A DNA stretch of 63,249 nt, counting the filler, from Reticulomyxa filosa (Eukaryota; Protista; Foraminifera): NCBI GenBank assembly GCA_000512085.1. It is 22 parts of 22 records of this genome, joined end to end, with 100 filler letters (N's around TTAATTAATTAA, not from the genome) between each part and the next. Parts side by side here need not be neighbours in the genome. Positions count along the whole stretch, not along the records: positions 10,029 to 15,337 come from ASPP01002964.1; positions 15,438 to 18,161 come from ASPP01013393.1; positions 18,262 to 23,552 come from ASPP01022648.1; positions 23,653 to 24,712 come from ASPP01035801.1; 18 more parts are not named here. The stretch is one strand, 5' to 3'. Made by a program: the position numbers and the translations under genes. Of this stretch, positions 11,278 through 23,682 are shown in pieces. The notes beneath the pieces are model-generated. The model was not told the DNA's origin and searched no databases. It saw nothing but the letters and a program-made list of their open reading frames with translations. Positions within the stretch are counted from its first letter, which is position 1. Every line of letters starts with the position of its first letter.

Positions 11278-13656
11278 TTTTTTAAGATTTGAGCAAATAT
11301 GCCCTTTTTATCCCCCTTTGAGGGTCACCAGTTTACTGTTTTCGTGGGTGAACTTGTTGTCGGTCAGGATTATTTATTTAAAATTAGACTAAGCGTTTTA
11401 AACCGTTACTATGTTGCTTTTAAAAATAATTTCTTATGTTATAGCTTATCAAAAGATACAGTCAAAAAATAAATGATATAAATATATAGATATATGGTTT
11501 TTTTAATGTTCAAACAAATTTCTAACGTACTGGATCAAACAATTTTGAAATAAAAATTGTTAAATTTATTAAACAAAAGCATATGACATTAAGAATTTGT
11601 TCCGTTACATTTTAGCACAATAACTTAAATTTCATGAGTTGTATTTATAGTGGAGCGAAAATCTCAGACGAAATGCTTTTTTGTCCTTACTTTTCCAGAA
11701 AATTCTGTTCTGACATTAAAGCATTTTACAATATTAGAAAAATACATAGTAACGGAAAACTAGATTAAATACATCTGATTAAAAAACCAAATAATGTATC
11801 AAAAAAAAGAAATTAAAATGATTAGACATTGACTAAAATCAAAGATATAATTTGAATGGACTGATTTAAAAGAAATCAAAAAGATTGTAAATGATGACGA
11901 ACAACATTTCAGAAATTTGAATATTAAGATTATTCATTAAAAAGGTAAATTCATGCAAGTATATTTATTAAAGTAATTAAATTTATATGATAGCTGTAAA
12001 TTCAACAAAAAATTATAAATATACTAACAGTAGTGATAAAAGAAAAAATGATACATGTGATTGTGATCAACAGAAGAAAAAGAGGAAAAAAATGAACCTT
12101 CATGAAAAATAAACATTTAGCACTAATTTTTTCTAAATATATAGACAAATCTTGTAATCTTAAATCGGAAAAACAAAAAAACAAAAAAAACAACTAAGAA
12201 AAACTAAACCACATTTCGGTATGCGTATTTGGCGGCTTTTTTTCGCCATGTTGTTTGTGTGATTTTTTGCGTATGGAGCAGTGCGGAGGGGAAACGCTTT
12301 AAAAAAAAATGCTTTTATTTAGCGGCCTTTGAGCTCGCTGTGACTTTTTTGAAAGCCGATACGGCTTGTGATGCCGAAGACGTTATCAAAAAACATTTTT
12401 GCTTGAAAAATTCGTAAACTTTAAACTTTTAGCCTGTGCAAAAGCTTGACCTAACGAGAAAAAAATATTGTTATATTTCTACGTCAGAAATGTGCATAAT
12501 GCACAAAAATTTCTTCTAAATCAAAAAAGTGTCACTACGAGACACATCTTCAACCAAAGCATTTTTCGAAAAAAGCTTTACATTTTGGACTTGTAAAATA
12601 GAAACAGCACAAAATTTTGCGTGTCTCATTATAAAATCTGTCCAAAAAAAATGTTTTTGTCTTGGAGAAAAGAGTTTTTTGGCGATGTTTTGCGAAGATA
12701 GAAAGCGAATAGTCAAACAATTTGCAAAAGATCTAAAAAATATTTATTTTTTCTGTTGCTGAGACGATGCTGGCAGAAATTTTGACAAATAACGAGTTGA
12801 AAGAAGAGATCTCGCGACAAAATGTGGAGATATATTTGTAGACATTTTTGAATGTTGAAGAGTCTTCAAAAGGAACAACTGATTAAGTGCTTTATCGATG
12901 TACAGTTTAGTAGTGTTCTCAAATTAAAAAAAACAATGTGACACAGAAACACGAAAACGATCAAAAAACAGGACATTAGTATAATTTGTATTTTTTTTCC
13001 TCACTTATAAACAATCTACAACACTAAAAAAGAGTAATGACTTACTTGCAATCAGTAGCAGACATGACAAAAACCAACAACACAAGAAAAACAAGTTTGT
13101 GTTTTTAAAAAGGAAAGCTCTTTGAAAACTTTTCAAAAACGTTGAAACCGTTCAACGCAATATTTCAAATAAAGCATGTTTGCTCTCTTGGATGCAATTA
13201 CAAATTATTGCTTTGGTTACAATCAACTATTTTAAAAAAAAATATTTTTTTCAACTCAAAAGAGTGAATCAATGAACTTTGTTCGGTTTGATTTACTAAA
13301 TGTTAGTAGATTGCTTGCAGAAGTGTGTAAAAGTATTTCCTAACTATGAAAGAGTTAAAAAACTATGCTTACAAAAGGAAAGTCGTATAACTCTGAATAA
13401 AGCCAGTTAGACTGTTAATTCTATACATCTATCTAAAGTGATCTTAAAAAAATTGCTAACATCTGCAATGATGTAATTTTTTATTAATAAATTTAAAATA
13501 TTTTTTTTCCATCAGATAAAATGTTGTTGATCATAAAGAAAACAAAAAAACCTCTACAAGAGCAAGAATTAAGTAAGCCTTCTTTTTGTTCTTTTGAGCA
13601 TTTTCCATTAGTAACTGCTAAATTGCTTTTACATATTCACCAAACAGAAACAAAAA

Positions 13657-15337
13657 ATGGTTAGTCACTTTTTTCTTGTGCACAAAAAGTTTTTAAAAAA
13701 AGGAGTAGATCCAAAAAAAATACGTAAACAAAATACAAGGACAAACACTTTGCTATTGAATCCTGTGGACATGAAAAAGCAATATTTAAGGCAACCGGCC
13801 TACGAAATGATGGACGAATGCCAGAGAGTGCGAAAGAGAGCAATTGGGAAGGTTTGTTGAATACAATCAAAGAAACGTTCCATTTGGCAACAATACCCTC
13901 ATTTCTTTTGGTAAAAAAAGATAACATTGACGATCATATCGACAATGATGACGATTTTTTTGATCTTTGGAATGCGCTTATTAAAGATAAAAAGGAAACA
14001 ATAATAATAAAAAAATAGAGATGTTTGGAAATAACAAAAGAAAACAAGAAAATGACGTGGCGTCCAAAAGATTCAAATAATCCAAGTTTTCAAGGTGAAA
14101 TGGAACAAAAAAATTGGGAACACTATTTTGAAGATTTGAAACAATTGATTGGAGGACTGTTGGATGGAGAGTATTTAGAAGATGAAAGTCCAAATAATAA
14201 AATACAGACTGCAGATGACTTGAAACGTATTTGGGCTGATCGATATGACGAACATGACAGCAATAAATGGCCTTTGAAACTTCAAGTGATCTATTTAGAC
14301 TCGTCGACAAGCAGCACAATGGAGCCAGGAGCTGATGAAAATACAATTACACTAAACATAACTTCAAAAGAAAAGCAAGGATTGAATGATAACGAAGATG
14401 AAACGAAATATGCATTGGATGGACCACATCAAATAAATTCTTCCTCCTTTCCATCTGCAAGCCCTGCAAGAAAGCAAGGCGAGAATTTCGATATAAAATT
14501 AATGTTGGAGTTGGTGAAAAAAGCAGAGGAAGCAGCAAAACGTAATTAAAGATCAAAATGTGATATTGATACTAGGAGGCACTGGAGCTGGCAAGTCTAC
14601 TTTAATCCACTTTCTAGCTGGATCGACTATGCAAATGAATTGCGAAAACATTTGAAAGATGCAATTTGTGGTAATTCTTTGATTCAAAATATCAATGAAC
14701 AAATGAAACAGTTGATTATAATGTAATCGAAGATGAAAAGGAAGGGAATGAAAGTACATTACAAGCTTATTTGGACAAAATGGCACAAGTGCAAGTCTGT
14801 TACCCTGATCTCCGTAGCTCTTACAACAAAGCATGTCAAAAGTTGAAAAAGAAAGTTGTAATTTATGTGGACGTAGCAAGGGAATGTATTAAAAAGGATA
14901 AATTTATGGAGCTTCGAAAAGAATTGGCGAAGATTGGAAAGATTTTAATTCTTCAAGAACATCTTCGCTCTTTCATAGATATTAAAGAAAAGATCAAAGA
15001 TTTGGAAAGTGAATTATTGGTTCGTCTCAATCATGTTGCAGATGAAGGACGTGATGCGCTGAAAAAAACAATCAAAGAGGAAAGAATAGACAATATTAAA
15101 GAAAATAAAGAAAATAAAGAAAATAAAGAAAAAGAAGAAAGAGAAAGAGTGGAAGTAGTTAATGTCCGAGTTGAAAGACTTGACAAAAATGAAGTCTACA
15201 TCTTAAAAACGAACGTTTTTCTCTTGGAGGAAGCAGCAAATGCGTTTGAATTGCCTTGTGAATATGTTGGACTTGACAAGTCGATAAAAGAATTAGTTCG
15301 TTCATTTGTAAATGAAATAATTGAATATTTTGAAAAA
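13657..15337 (+). pseudogene. large P-loop NTPase/GTPase with helical C-terminal region, disrupted
   Basis: An out-of-frame Walker A, VILILGGTGAGKSTLIHFLAG (motif at 14575-14601), follows ORF 14025-14549. Several frameshifts and stops; no Walker B/G3 motif follows, suggesting an internal deletion. Confidence 0.65.
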
Positions 15338-15530
15338 NNNNNNNNNNNNNNNNNNNNNNNNNNNNNNNNNNNNNNNNNNNNTTAATTAATTAANNNNNNN
15401 NNNNNNNNNNNNNNNNNNNNNNNNNNNNNNNNNNNNNGTTTGTGTTTTTTTTTTCCTTTCCTCATTTTTCTCTCTTCCTTCCAATTGTTCGAAGGTTCAC
15501 AGTGCAGGTTATTAAAAACAAAAATATTTA

Positions 15531-18112
15531 TTAATTGTCATCCGTGTCACTGCTCAGATCAACAGGATGCGCTAATTGCGGTCTGTTTGCCAAATGGCGA
15601 CTGCGACCATACACGGACGTGGTCTTATCTTGATCGAATATCATTTGGCCAAAAGATTCGGCGTATCTCTTGGCATAAACCAAGACACTGGGATTGGCAG
15701 TGTTTCCCAGTGGGAATGGGATGGCAAACACAAAGCAGTAGCAAAGACTATAAATGTACTGAAACAAATCGGCACAAGCCTCAAACTTTTCATTGATTCT
15801 CATGTCGTCTCGCAAAACAACGTAGCGAACAGGTTTGGTTTTGTTTTCTTGTTTTTTGGGATGATAAGGCCAGAGAATGAAATCAAAGAGACGATAGCTG
15901 GTGATTTCATCGGTGACAACGCAAGGAACACCAAGATTTTCATAAAAGCCATGTCCATCCTCTTCGTTGTAGACTCCAAAGCGATCAATGATGGATTTGT
16001 TGACAACCAAGAAATTGAGTTTGGGTTTCCACTTTAGCGCTTTGCGATCTTGTTTATCGACAAAAAGACGAATGGCGCGTTGTATGGCCACAATTTCTTT
16101 GCTGTAAAGTTCACCGAAGCGATTGTCGGGGAGACCCCCGCGGAAGATGATGATATTTTTGGGGAGAAGTTCAGGTTTTTGTCGAATGTGTTTGGAAGTG
16201 AAGCAATTGTTTAAAACGGTTAAGAATAGACCGATCATTCCCTCGTAGGAAATGACATCTTTGCGAGAAGGCATTAAATGAGCGCTGAAGAATGAGTATT
16301 GAATGGTGCCAATCATGGGTTTGATATTGAGACATAGCATAGCAATAGATGGATTGCCACGAACGTGGGATAACTCAATGCCAACAGTCCACGTTTTATC
16401 GCAATCGATATACTTATCGCCATGAAATAATCTGGGTTTGATTTGGAACAAGTCATTGCCAATCTTGGCACACACATCATCAAAGGTGCCATTCGTAGCG
16501 GAGAAATTTCTGGTAGTGCTCTGATTGATGCACTGGATTAAGCACGCATCTTCGCCAGCATTTTGCGACTGCAAAAAGCGTGTGGCCTGTTGTTTCATAA
16601 ACGACCCTTTCATATCATCGCTAAGAATGATCATGACCAGTTGAAGCTTCTTTTGCAAGACCTGCTTCCATTCGGACATACGCGGATCAGTATAGTCAAT
16701 GAGAATCACCGTCGGTTGCTCCACGACAAAGTTGACAAAGCCACGACGACTAAAGTAATCACTGCAACATTTCCAAAGATTGTCAACACATTGCTCCGTG
16801 TATCGATCCGACGAGTCGCCCACAATGGCCCAGCGTGTCAAATTAGTCACCGATTCGCCAAGAAACCCACCGACATTCTTCCATTGGAATGTTCGAATGC
16901 CCTCAGTCATCGGCTCCCCGTACTTGTTTATCAACTCGATATCGGGATATTGCAACTCGATGCCTCTCACCGACAACCCGCGTTCCAGCACCTCAATATC
17001 GCCCAACTCCACACCATTTCCATTCTTCTTCCCTTTCGTCACCGACCCTTCCTTCCCACGTTCCGCACGCTTCTCGTCTACTCGCTCATCCTCATCATCG
17101 CCATCGCCATTGTCGCTCCCACTGCTCTCATCCTCCATCTCCTCTTCATCCTCTTCCTCTTCTTCTTCTTCTTCTTCTTCTTCTTCGGCATGTCCACTCT
17201 TCTTCTTCTTCTTCTTCGCTCTGCCTGACTTGCTACTCGTCGTCTCCGATTGCGAATGCTTTTGCTTCGACTTTTCTTTTTCTTTTTCTTTTTCTTTTTC
17301 TTTTTCTTTTGTTCTTTTTTCCTTTTCTTTTTCTTTTGTCCCCTTTTCTTTTTCTTTTGTTCCTTTTTCTGTTTCTTTCGTCCCTTTTTCTGTTTCTTTT
17401 TCTTTTTCTTTTTCTTTTTCTTTTTCTTTTCTCTTTTTTTTTCGATTTTTCTTTTTTCTTTTGTTCGCTTTTCTTTTTCCTTTGTCTTCTCTTTTGTCTT
17501 TTCCTTTGTCCCTTCACGCTCCTTCTTCTTCCCCTTTTCCTTCTCCTTTTCCTCCTTCCGCTTCTGGTCCTCCTTGGACATGTGCTGCAACAGCGCGTGA
17601 ATGCGACCGAAGCGCTCCTTAATGCCCATCGACGTTCTCTCCAAAATGTCGGCGTACTCGTTTTTGATGAGCTCGTTGTCGCTGCGCAGCGTGAGCTTGG
17701 CGAACTGCGGCAGATACACCGACCCTGCAGTGTCCACAATGACAAAGCGCTCGTGTTTGTCCGGGTCGCACTTGACTCGATACACGCGATACAAGTAGTC
17801 TTTGTACGACACCTTTTCCCCGCCCGACAGCGTGAACTTGGAGTGCTCGTCTTGCGACATGTCCACCTGCACGATCTTACGGCTGCGGCAGTTGTACGTC
17901 ATCACAAAGTATTCGTTCACCAGCCATTTGTCCAGGCTCTGTTGCAGCTCGCTCGGATGCATGTGCTGCCAATCGAACTTGCGCTGCGCCAAATCGTAGA
18001 TGCTCTCTGCAGATACCAGCTTCGACGCCACGTCGGCCTTGAAGATCGCCTTTTCTTTTTTGCTGGCGTCGCGGGGTTTTTGTACTTGCACGGAGCACTT
18101 TTTTTTAAGCAT
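15531..18112 (-). CDS. divergent Piwi/Argonaute-family protein (PAZ-L2-MID-PIWI), 5'-truncated, one frameshift near 17434-17442
   Basis: PAZ: VMTYN..IVQVD..SKFTLSGGEKVSYKDYLYRVY..VYLPQFAKLT. MID: LIQCI..CAKIG. PIWI: WTVGIELSH, IIIFRGG, LNFLVVNK..RF, FDFIL, PVRYVVLRDD, YSLCY, PSVLVYAKR. Confidence 0.88.
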
Positions 18113-18114
18113 TT

Positions 18115-18161
<47 letters not shown>

Positions 18162-18261
18162 NNNNNNNNNNNNNNNNNNNNNNNNNNNNNNNNNNNNNNN
18201 NNNNNTTAATTAATTAANNNNNNNNNNNNNNNNNNNNNNNNNNNNNNNNNNNNNNNNNNNN

Positions 18262-18300
<39 letters not shown>

Positions 18301-18301
<1 letters not shown>

Positions 18302-21300
18302 GTCGAGGCAATTTGAGACGAGGGCTAATGATAAAAAAAGAGGTGATACGAAAGAAGATGACACAAAAAGACAAAACGTCCTCAAAGCATCAACGACGAA
18401 AAGCGAGTTTGCAAAAGAAAGTGGAATTGATGGGAGACGCAAAAGACGCGGAAGAGTTGCGGCTGATGGCGGAAAACTCGAAAGAGTCCTCGCCATCTCC
18501 TACACCTAAAAATTCTTTGTCCGTGTCAACTGCAAAGAGAACATCGAATCCAAACAATGCCGATCAAGCCAAACGAAATTCCAAAAAAAAGAAAAGCGAA
18601 ATTCAAAAGGTAATTTCATATATACGTATATATGCATATATAATATTTGTTTGGTATATTGTCCTGGAGTGTACTTTAAATTTATTTCATTGCAACTAAT
18701 TTAAAAAAAAAAAAAAGGAAATAATGATGGAAGTCGTCGATCCTCAAACGCAAACACTCCAACAACTCAGGGAGGGGGATTTTTGGAAGAAAGGTATCAT
18801 GTGAGCACGGTGAAAAGAAACTCGAAAAGAGACTCTGAAAAGCATTTTATTTACAAAGAGGGACCTCGAGATATTGGGACGACGAAGGCATCGCCTCGCT
18901 GGGAGCCTGCCAAATACAACATTCAAGACACGGGAGGCTTTTTGTCCGAAAGGGTGCGAGCCGACGTTGTCAAGACCAAAGAAAAAAAACCTGACGTTTA
19001 CAAGGTGTGTCTTTGTAACGTTTGTTTGTTTAGTGATGTTACATTTATCCATTTTATTCGAAATAAACAACAGGAAGGGCCCAGAGATATCAACAAAGCA
19101 CATGGCAAAGATTGGACTCCGGCGAAATACAATATTAAGGAAACCACTGGGTTTTTGGAAGAGCGAACAAGAACTGATGTCATTAAAACAAAAGATAAAA
19201 AGGCAGAAGTGTATAAGGTGTGTTGTGAGTCTGTAAACAAAAGAACAAGTATATGCAAATATGTTTATAAATACACATATATGTATATACATATATAGGA
19301 AGGTCCCAGAGATATTGACAAATCTCACAGCAAAGATTGGACCCCAGCGAAATATGACATCAGAGAAACGAATGGATTTTTAACAGAGCGCACACGTGCA
19401 GATACATTGAAGTCCAAAGACAAAAGGTCGGAAGTGTACAAAGAAGGTCCGTCCGACTACACAACACCCACAAGCGACTGGACACCTTACCAATATGAAG
19501 AAAAAGAGACAGGTAACCTTTATTTCGATGAGCTCTTTGCACTTTTCGATTGGAAAAATATCATTGTGTCTGTGTAGCATATATATAAACATATATGCAT
19601 ATATATAAATATATGTATGTGTGCATATGGGGAAAAAAGGTGAATTTTTAGGTGAGAGAGCAAGAGCAGTGAGCAGGACGAGCACGGTTGAGGATAGGTC
19701 GGAAATTCGAAAATTAGGGCCGAGAGATATTGGAAGATTCGATGAGAACTCGAGTGAATGGAAGCCAGCAGAGTATGAGATCCGCGAACACAAAGGCAGT
19801 ATTTTGGACGACAGACCCAATTACCTGAAAACGAATGCAAGAGAAGAAGAAGAGCGTGAGAAGAAAAAGAAAGAGTGGGAAGAGGAAAGAGAAAGAAGGA
19901 AGCACTATGCCCCGGCAGACGCGATGAACGAGGCGTATAAATTGCCGGAATGGGCGACCAAAAACAATGAGCGTCGTCTGAACACGCATAAACGCGAAAG
20001 AACAGAGGTCGCTCGTCTGGAGTGGGAGCAATTGAAAGCGATGCGTCGCGAAATGAATCCCAGTGAAATGCAACCGCACGATTACCAGTTGCCGGAATGG
20101 GCAAAGACCAAGGCCACGACGGCGATGACGGGCACGGGAAGTGGAGCGTTACTTCGAGATATGCATGACACGACTCCGCAACAAAAACGCAATCACGACG
20201 CGGAGAACGAGTGGAAGCGACTGAAAGAAGACCGCAAACACATGAACCCCAGAGACTTGCGACAAAATGACTATGAAATGCCTGATTGGGTCAAACATGA
20301 AGATGAGCTACGAAAGCTGCAACAACAAAAGAATCAAAGTGTGGACGAGGAAAGGATCAAAGTCCAGTCCAAAGTTATATTTACAACAAACAAAAATTAA
20401 TGCAAATATTAAATTGTGTGAGGAATTACACTAAAATGAATTAAATAAAAAATTAGGTCGCCACAGCAATATCTTCCAAAGATGTTAGCACGTATTATGA
20501 TGATCAGGCGCGCTTACACAAGAAATCCCAACAAGAAAGCAAAAATGGCAAATACCAATTGGATGATTTTGTTATGCTGAGTCGCGATCGCAAAGGGTAC
20601 ATTCGGTACATTGGCGAAGTCGAGTTTGCTCCAAAAAATGGCACCGAGTGGTATGGCATTGAATTGGTCGAAGGCAGTGTTGGAATCAACAATGGCGTGG
20701 TTGGTGGAGTCGTCTATTTTGAATGCAAAATCAACAAAACCAATGAAAAATGCGGTATTTTTTTGACTGAAGATAACATTCGCAAAAAAATCACCAGCAA
20801 AGACAAAACCTCCAACGCTTCTCAGCGAAGACGAGAGAGTTTGCAAATGAGGTTACAAAACCAAGGGTTTTTGGAAGAACACGAACAACAAGAACTCAAT
20901 TCCTTCAACGACAGCGATGATGATTCTCACGACGCTGAAGAAAAGAGGGAGGAAACTACCACCGCTGGCCAAGAGAATGAATACATGATCGCTGATGGAG
21001 TTTCTGCTATCGACCAAATCATTGGTATTTGGCATGTCCGATATGAAGATGGCTCCACTTGTTCATATCGCATTGAGAAAGGTAGAGAGTCTATTCGTTT
21101 GTTTGTTTGTTATTGTTTTCCTTTCGCTTTTATTATTACCCTTTTCTTTCTTGTTCACAGATGGCTCTGTTGACCGGGTTCCTGAAAACGTCCATGGATG
21201 GGAAGGCAGAGTCCGTATCGCTTATGATCCAGATGCCGAACAATATGCGATTGAATGTGAAGAAATCAAAGGAGTCTATGAGTTTGTCTCGTTGATTGGA

Positions 21301-21381
21301 CCAAATGAAATCGAGGTTCAAAATTGCAATGAAAAAACTCAAACTGAAATGGAAGGACAAGGCATGCGATTGCAAGTCTAA
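18301..21381 (+). CDS. CAP-Gly domain protein with two types of N-terminal tandem repeat (5'-truncated, multi-exon)
   Basis: CAP-Gly: GYIRYIGEVEFAPKNGTEWYGIELVEGSVGINNGVVGGVVYFEC..GIFL (about 20594-20766). GT-AG introns at 19005-19073, 19218-19298, 19513-19639 and three others. Confidence 0.8.
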
Positions 21382-21787
21382 AGGAAAAAAAAATATTTTT
21401 TGTTTTGTTTTTAATAGATTTTGTGTTGGTTCGTGCAATAAGTGTACAGGTCATGTAATAAAATAACAAAAACTGATGCACATGAATTGTTTTTTTATGT
21501 ACGAATGAGCAGATTCAAATGTTCTTGCTTTATTAATAACATTGCTCAAAGTAAATTGAATAAAATACTACACTTTCTTGCATCCAAATTTTTTCTGCTG
21601 TTTGAAGCAACAAAAAAGTTTAAATAATTGGAATAAGGATAGATCAAGAAATCCTTTTATAAGTAGTAACATTTGCCAGACTTGTACAAAAATTCAGCAC
21701 ATTTTGGCAGGAGAAACGGAAAAATGAAAAAAAACTATTGTGTGACATCTTTTTTCCTGAGGATATCTGCAACAATAAAAATAAAAA

Positions 21788-22446
21788 ATGCAATTTGGAA
21801 ATAATGACGCAAAAAATTTTACGATGGATTACACCTTCAGAGAAAATGATATTGTAGTTATTACGGACGGGTACCACTACCTAGCGTGTGAAAATGAAAA
21901 GCTTGTGTCAACAGATAAATTCAGCTATGAATGCCTATGGGCTTGTCAACTGAATGACGGGACATTGTATCGAGAAATCTACTTAAAGAGCATAAAGAAG
22001 AATAAATATTTGAATATTGGAGAATTGCATAAATTTTACTACTCAGACGTCAGCAGAACATCATTCAAAATATTTTTAAGTGACGAAAGCAAAGACTTCA
22101 GAGAAGTATATCAGCATTCGGATCCCTCACTTCCATGTCCGATTCGATTTGGTGACGACAAAAAAAGTTAAAAAATGCAAAAAAGAGCATATACATATTT
22201 TTTTATTTTAATATTTTCATTTTTCACTTATGATAAATTTATAAATACTATGGGATGGAACATCCGAAAATGATATGTTTGCAGAAATACAAATAACTGA
22301 ATCGGGTGAGGTGGAATTTGAAGCTATTATTTCAAGACATACATTATCTGTCGACTTTGAATTTAAGTGCATTCAAAAGCACTCCAAAGATTCGAGAAAC
22401 AAAAAACAAAGAACAAAAGTGGACGAGAAAGTAGAACAAAAGTAGC
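21788..22446 (+). CDS. hypothetical protein, possibly beta-trefoil (fascin-like) fold; two exons
   Basis: ATG ORF 21788-22171 with DGYHYLACENEKLV..W and IYLKSIKKNKYLNI. A phase-1 intron to tttgcag near 22285 gives an open second exon. Confidence 0.45.
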
Positions 22447-22827
22447 TGATGGATTTCGATTGATATTGTTTGCTTATTTGCTTTGTGCTTTTTTTTAATC
22501 ATTTTTTGCATTTTGTCATCTCTGTGATTTGAGATGTTCATATTCCTTCTTGTTTAGGATTTAATCATTGTAACCTTGATTTGTGGAAAGACCCAAAAAA
22601 TTGCTTGAGCATTTCCTCCGTTTTTTGAAGAGTGCCACTTTGAAACATATTTTTGTAAACGTTTCTTTTTGATCGTATAAACCGTGACTAAACAAGTTGT
22701 ACCAGAAGAGAAAATCTCAAGTTTGTATAATTTTTTTTTTACACGCTTTACTTCGTCAAACTAAAAAATTTAACTTGTAAGGGAGGGTCTGTTGCTGGGA
22801 AATAAAAAGTATTACCCGAAGAAAGAG

Positions 22828-23552
22828 ATGAATCCTAACCGTCCTTTGCAAGTGTTGTTCGGGAATTTTGTACATTGTCCTTCGTTCGGTGCGTTATCTT
22901 TTCTGAAAGAAAGATTTGTCGGTGTGTCAAACGGAAAGATAGTATTTATTGCCAGCAAAATATCAGAAGTAAAGAAGTACGTGAAGACAGCAGGCCTTGA
23001 AAAAGCTTTCGACGTCCCGAAGGATGTACAAGTCACAAACACAAAGCGTGAGTTTATAATTCCAGGATTTGTGGATTTGCACAATCACCCATGCCAGTAC
23101 AGTTACATGGGAACGGCAACAGACAAGCCAGTTATGGATTGGTTGAATGCATACGCATTTCCGACAGAAAAGCGATTTGAAAAAGATACGCAATGGACAA
23201 AAGATGTATACAGCAAAGTGATTCGAAAGCTTCTCTTGAATGGTACGACTTGCGCCTTATATTTTCCAACGATGCACTTGAATAGCTGCCTTACACTCGC
23301 AAACCTATGTAAGCAAATGGGACAAAGGGCATTTGTTGGGAAGATATGCATGGATCAAAATTCTCCAAAGGATTACATTCAACAAACAGCCGATTGTTTG
23401 CACGACACAAAACAATTTATTTTATCTGTGAGACACGACATCAACAACGAATTGATTCAACCTGTCATCACACCGCGGTTCATCCCTACCTGTTCCGATC
23501 AACTGTTGCAAGGGCTGGGTCAATTGGCCAAAGACTTTCAGTTGTTTTTTTT
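22828..23552 (+). CDS. GDA: guanine deaminase, amidohydrolase family (3'-truncated)
   Basis: IPGFVDLHNHPCQY, DWLNAYAFPTE, NGTTCALYF, GQRAFVGKICMD, VITPRFIPTCS. Confidence 0.92.
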
Positions 23553-23682
23553 NNNNNNNNNNNNNNNNNNNNNNNNNNNNNNNNNNNNNNNNNNNNTTAA
23601 TTAATTAANNNNNNNNNNNNNNNNNNNNNNNNNNNNNNNNNNNNNNNNNNNNGGGGGGGGTGTTGATTTTTTTTTTAAATCA

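Noticed and set aside
12215-12900. Slightly GC-richer stretch with a small palindrome (TGTGCAT-A-ATGCACA) as a MITE or ncRNA
   Set aside because: No terminal inverted repeats, second copy or recognisable RNA fold in the window.
2310-18112. Ars2 plus Piwi as an RNA-silencing gene cluster
   Set aside because: They are on different contigs separated by three artificial spacers.
16563-18217. Long plus-strand ORFs rich in Phe, Leu and Ser
   Set aside because: They are antisense shadows of the Piwi gene and its purine-rich insert.
22167-22285. Non-canonical splice acceptors here and near 59630
   Set aside because: In-phase AG acceptors exist slightly downstream in both cases (tttgcag| and gaaag|).
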